Assembly: GCA_963777315.1 (NCBI GenBank)
Contig: CAVZQC010000004.1
Location: forward strand, 448,001 to 512,000
DNA from: Vulcanimicrobiota bacterium
Lineage (GTDB): Bacteria > Vulcanimicrobiota > Vulcanimicrobiia > Vulcanimicrobiales > Vulcanimicrobiaceae
Reading direction: 5' to 3'
DNA: 64,000 bases
The translations under genes were made by a program, and so were the position numbers. The notes under the pieces were generated by a model. The model was given only the letters and a program-made list of their open reading frames with translations. It was not told the DNA's origin and did no database searches. Shown one piece after another: positions 60,715 through 64,000 of the stretch (positions are counted from its first letter, which is position 1; every line of letters begins with the position of its first letter).

Positions 60715-61487
60715 TGCAGTCCGAAGGCCGCCACAAGCGCGGCGCCTCCGTGGTCTTCGTCGAACGTTCCCGTGCGCCAGTTCGCGAGCGTCAGCTGCTC
60801 GACCAGCGCGGCATGCCGCATGCGCACCGCGCGGTGGTATCGTTCACGCTCGGCGCGGCCCAGGAACACCGTCGCAGCTTTGCCGCTTTCGGCATCGCGC
60901 AGACGCACGAAACCCGAAAGCGGCATGTCGTCCTGCCACGGGTCCTGCGCGATCATGGCGGTGCAGTCGCAGCGAGCACCGAGCCGTGCCGGCAGTTCGT
61001 CGCGCTCGGTCAGCTCGAAAAAATCGCTTACCACGAGCAGCGCCGTTCCTCGCGGCAATGCGGCTAAGGCGACTTCGAGCGCACGCCGGAGCGAAAAAGC
61101 GGCGTTGCGGGGTGCCGCCCACGGCGGCACGACGTCGTCCGACACGACGCGGCTGCAGCGATCGCTCGACGAAGCGGCGCCGAACCACGACTCCGCAATC
61201 TCCTGCGCGCTCTGCGCCAGCGGGCGCGTGCGCCCGGCCAGCATCGACGCGGACGTGTCGAGCACGAGCGCGAGGGTGAGCGCAACGTCTTCGAGCATGA
61301 TGCGCGTCTGCAGCTGTCCGCTGCGCGCCGTAGCCGCCCAATCGATGCGGCGTATGTCGTCGCCCGGCAAGTACTCGCGCAGTTCCACGAACTCGTAACC
61401 GTCGCCGCGATGGAGCGTGGGCGATCCCGCTCCCGCATATCGCGGACGGCGGCGGCCCCGCAGCAGCGCCTCGCGCAGTGCATTCAC
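60711..61487 (-). CDS. DUF58-domain protein
   Basis: EFVELREYLPGDDIRRIDWAATAR, DTSASM, VSDF. Confidence 0.9.
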   Translation of the reverse strand: MNALREALLRGRRRPRYAGAGSPTLHRGDGYEFVELREYLPGDDIRRIDWAATARSGQLQTRIMLEDVALTLALVLDTSASMLAGRTRPLAQSAQEIAESWFGAASSSDRCSRVVSDDVVPPWAAPRNAAFSLRRALEVALAALPRGTALLVVSDFFELTERDELPARLGARCDCTAMIAQDPWQDDMPLSGFVRLRDAESGKAATVFLGRAERERYHRAVRMRHAALVEQLTLANWRTGTFDEDHGGAALVAAFGLQ

Positions 61488-62410
61488 GGCGCCGGAACCG
61501 CACCGGTGACGGCGGTGATGACGTCTTCGGGCTCTGCGCCGTCGACGCGCAAGCGGTGCGTGAAAACGATCCGATGCCGCAGCACCATCGGCGCTACGTT
61601 CCGAACGTCGTCGGGAAGCACGAAATCGCGCCCCGCCAGCAATGCGCGCGCACGCGACACGAATGCGAGCGCAAGCGAGGCGCGCGGACTGGCTCCGCTC
61701 TCGATATAGCGATGACCGGCGCGGCTGAGAGCGACGATGTCGACGATGTATCGTTTGATCTTGGGATCGAGATGCACCGCGCGCGCCCGTTCGCGCCAAA
61801 TGCCCACATCCTGCAAGGAGGCTGCGCCGCGCACGGGTTCCGTGCGCTCGACGGCGAAGCGATCCAGAATGGCGAGCTCTTCGTCCGCCGACGGGTACGG
61901 CACGCGCACTTTGAGTAAAAAGCGATCGAGCTGCGCTGCAGGCAACGCATACGTGCCGTCGGCGTCGATGGGATTCATCGTCGCCAGGACGATGAAAGGA
62001 TCCGGCAAAGCGTAGGTTTGCGGTCCGATCGTCACCTGACGTTCCTGCATCGATTCCAGCAAAGCCGACTGCACTTTGGCGGGAGCGCGATTGATCTCGT
62101 CGGCCAAGACGACGTTGGCGAAAACCGGACCCAGTACGGTGGCAAACGCCGCTTCGCGCTGGTCGAAGATACGCGTTCCCACGATATCGGCCGGAAGCAG
62201 ATCCGGCGTGAATTGAATGCGCTTGAACTCACCGTCCAGCGCCGCAGCCATAGCTCGGCACGCGAGCGTCTTGGCCAAGCCGGGCGGTCCCTCGAGCAGT
62301 ACGTGACCATCGGCGATCAATCCCATCACGAGAGACTCGACGACCTCGCGCTGTCCGACTATCGTGCGGGAAAGCGCATCGATCAGCGCTTGCGGTTGCG
62401 TTGCGCTCAC
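61484..62410 (-). CDS. MoxR-family AAA+ ATPase
   Basis: GPPGLAKT, RIQFTPDLLPAD, DEINRAPAKVQSALLE, GASPRA. Confidence 0.95.
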   Translation of the reverse strand: MSATQPQALIDALSRTIVGQREVVESLVMGLIADGHVLLEGPPGLAKTLACRAMAAALDGEFKRIQFTPDLLPADIVGTRIFDQREAAFATVLGPVFANVVLADEINRAPAKVQSALLESMQERQVTIGPQTYALPDPFIVLATMNPIDADGTYALPAAQLDRFLLKVRVPYPSADEELAILDRFAVERTEPVRGAASLQDVGIWRERARAVHLDPKIKRYIVDIVALSRAGHRYIESGASPRASLALAFVSRARALLAGRDFVLPDDVRNVAPMVLRHRIVFTHRLRVDGAEPEDVITAVTGAVPAP

Positions 62411-63252
62411 TCGAACCTTTCATGGTGACGCGACAAAACGTCGTCCACTGCTGCGGACAGCCGCGGCTCGGGCATGAAGGCGGCTCGCTCCACTGCCCTG
62501 AGCAGCTCTTTCAGGCCCGCATCGGCGGCCTGCACGCTGCCGAGCACGTCGTCGAGCGTCTGACCCGGCGCGGCGCCGGCATCGCGCCACAGCGCGGATC
62601 GCAGGCGCATGATCGAGCTGCGATCGCGCCGGGCGCGCAGCTGCGCTATTGCCGAGCGCGTGTCGAACCCCGACGCGGCCTCATGCACGCGCGCAGGCGC
62701 AGCCGGCGGCCGGATGCCCGTCGATCGCGGCGCGGGCCGCGCCAGCAAAAGCACTGCGATTATTGCCGCCGCGGCTGCCAGAGCCCATGCTGCGGGCCGT
62801 AGCGAATCGTTCGAGAGCTGCAGCGCAGGGCCCGCCACGTTCAGATGCAGATCGTTTGAAACAAAGCGTTTGGGTTTGCCGTCGCGCGCGTCGATTGCAT
62901 CCAAGTATGCCGATCCGATGAGAACGGGCCCGTGCGCGTGCGCCACCAAGCGCAACGTTTCGCGATAGGTCGTACCGGCCCGGCCGCTGCTGGTCTGCCG
63001 CTCGTCGCCGATCTCTTCGGGGCCGAAGAATGCCGGCAGATAGACGTTGTCGATCGCGGACACGTTTTCGTCGACCCGAATCGTGAGCGTCACGTCGAAC
63101 GGCGCACCGATGCGCGGGCGCGCGGACGAGCTTTCGAGCGTAAAACTGCGCACGTGCAGGCGCTGCAGCTGTTCGGCCCGCACGGATCCTCCCGCGACGG
63201 CAACGAACGCTGCAATCGCTACGGCGATCCTAAGGATAAATCCGCCAGCCAC
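62407..63252 (-). CDS. Exported/membrane hypothetical protein, possibly BatD-like
   Basis: Signal peptide, beta domain, TM helix, helical tail; overlaps carA stop and moxR start. Confidence 0.55.
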   Translation of the reverse strand: MAGGFILRIAVAIAAFVAVAGGSVRAEQLQRLHVRSFTLESSSARPRIGAPFDVTLTIRVDENVSAIDNVYLPAFFGPEEIGDERQTSSGRAGTTYRETLRLVAHAHGPVLIGSAYLDAIDARDGKPKRFVSNDLHLNVAGPALQLSNDSLRPAAWALAAAAAIIAVLLLARPAPRSTGIRPPAAPARVHEAASGFDTRSAIAQLRARRDRSSIMRLRSALWRDAGAAPGQTLDDVLGSVQAADAGLKELLRAVERAAFMPEPRLSAAVDDVLSRHHERFE

Positions 63253-64000
63253 TGAGCGAACAGTCCGCGCGCGTCGAACGGTCCGGGCGATGCTTCGGGA
63301 TGAAACTGGACCGCTGCAACGGGCAGCTCGCGGTGCCGAAACCCTTCGTTGGTGCCGTCGTTGAGATTGATCATCGTTTGCTCGAGCGCGGCGGGCAGGC
63401 TTGCCGCGTCGACCGCATAGCCGTGATTGTGTGCGGTCACCATCACGTCGCCGTCCTGCACGTTCTTCACCGGCTGATTGCCGCCGCGATGCCCGTACGG
63501 CAATTTGAACGTTTGCGCACCGCACGCCAGCGCGAGCAGTTGATGTCCCAAACATACGCCGAACATCGGGCGTTTGCCCAGCAGCGAGCGCAGCGTTTCG
63601 ATCGTCTGCGCCAAGTCGGTCGGATCGCCCGGTCCGGGCGAGATGAATACCGCCTGCGGCGCGTGCTCCATGATTTGCTCGTGAGTCGCGTCGAACGGAA
63701 GGACGGCCACGGTCGCGCCGAGCGCGGTGAGTTCACGCACGATCGCCTTCTTCACACCGCAGTCCAGCAGCACGACACGAGGGCCGCCGCCGTTTCCTTC
63801 AACGTGTTCGACCTGCGTTGCAACGGTGGGCACCAGCGCTTTTGTGCTCGCTCCGCGCACGAACGCGGTCAGCCGCGCTTCGGCATCGGTCAGCGCGCTT
63901 TCGCCGACGGCCAGTGCCGCCCAAATGGTCCCGTGCTCGCGCAGCGCGATCGTGATGGATCGCGTGTCCGCGTCGATCATCGTGGGCACGCGCTGATCGT
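63219..64000 (-). CDS. carA: Carbamoyl-phosphate synthase small subunit (5' end outside window)
   Basis: SPGPGDP, GVCLGHQ, GHRGGNQPV, HNHGYAVD, VQFHPE. Confidence 0.95.
   Translation of the reverse strand, partial: DQRVPTMIDADTRSITIALREHGTIWAALAVGESALTDAEARLTAFVRGASTKALVPTVATQVEHVEGNGGGPRVVLLDCGVKKAIVRELTALGATVAVLPFDATHEQIMEHAPQAVFISPGPGDPTDLAQTIETLRSLLGKRPMFGVCLGHQLLALACGAQTFKLPYGHRGGNQPVKNVQDGDVMVTAHNHGYAVDAASLPAALEQTMINLNDGTNEGFRHRELPVAAVQFHPEASPGPFDARGLFAQWLADLSLGSP

Noticed and set aside
1..64000. CRISPR arrays, rRNA, reverse transcriptase or restriction-type defence genes
   Set aside because: No repeat-spacer periodicity or diagnostic motifs seen by eye

Overview
A GC-rich bacterial chromosomal segment, mostly housekeeping genes. 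It combines Terrabacteria-type genes (cdaA-cdaR-glmM, a c-di-AMP riboswitch, a PASTA Ser/Thr kinase with a class B PBP, ruvCAB-spoIID-queA, gmk-rpoZ) with diderm envelope genes (MlaE/F/D-like, alpha-2-macroglobulin with PBP1C). An Eremiobacterota/Vulcanimicrobiota-like origin is plausible but is inference only. Gene orientation converges at about 22-25 kb. There a XerC/D-like recombinase gene sits 47 bp downstream of a near-symmetric dif-like site, suggesting a single-recombinase chromosome dimer resolution module at the replication terminus. Other highlights: (1) a 3.3 kb island bracketed by a diverged duplication of the 3' part of an MFS gene; (2) a c-di-AMP riboswitch on an NlpC/P60 hydrolase directly behind the c-di-AMP synthase operon; (3) a MoxR-DUF58-VWA-PdxH cassette and a HicB-like/SARP fusion regulator lying between carA and carB; (4) an alpha-2-macroglobulin without a thioester motif; (5) a RES-Xre toxin-antitoxin pair. 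Four clear +1 frameshifts and one probable one share a GCT/AGC context and are probably sequencing artefacts.
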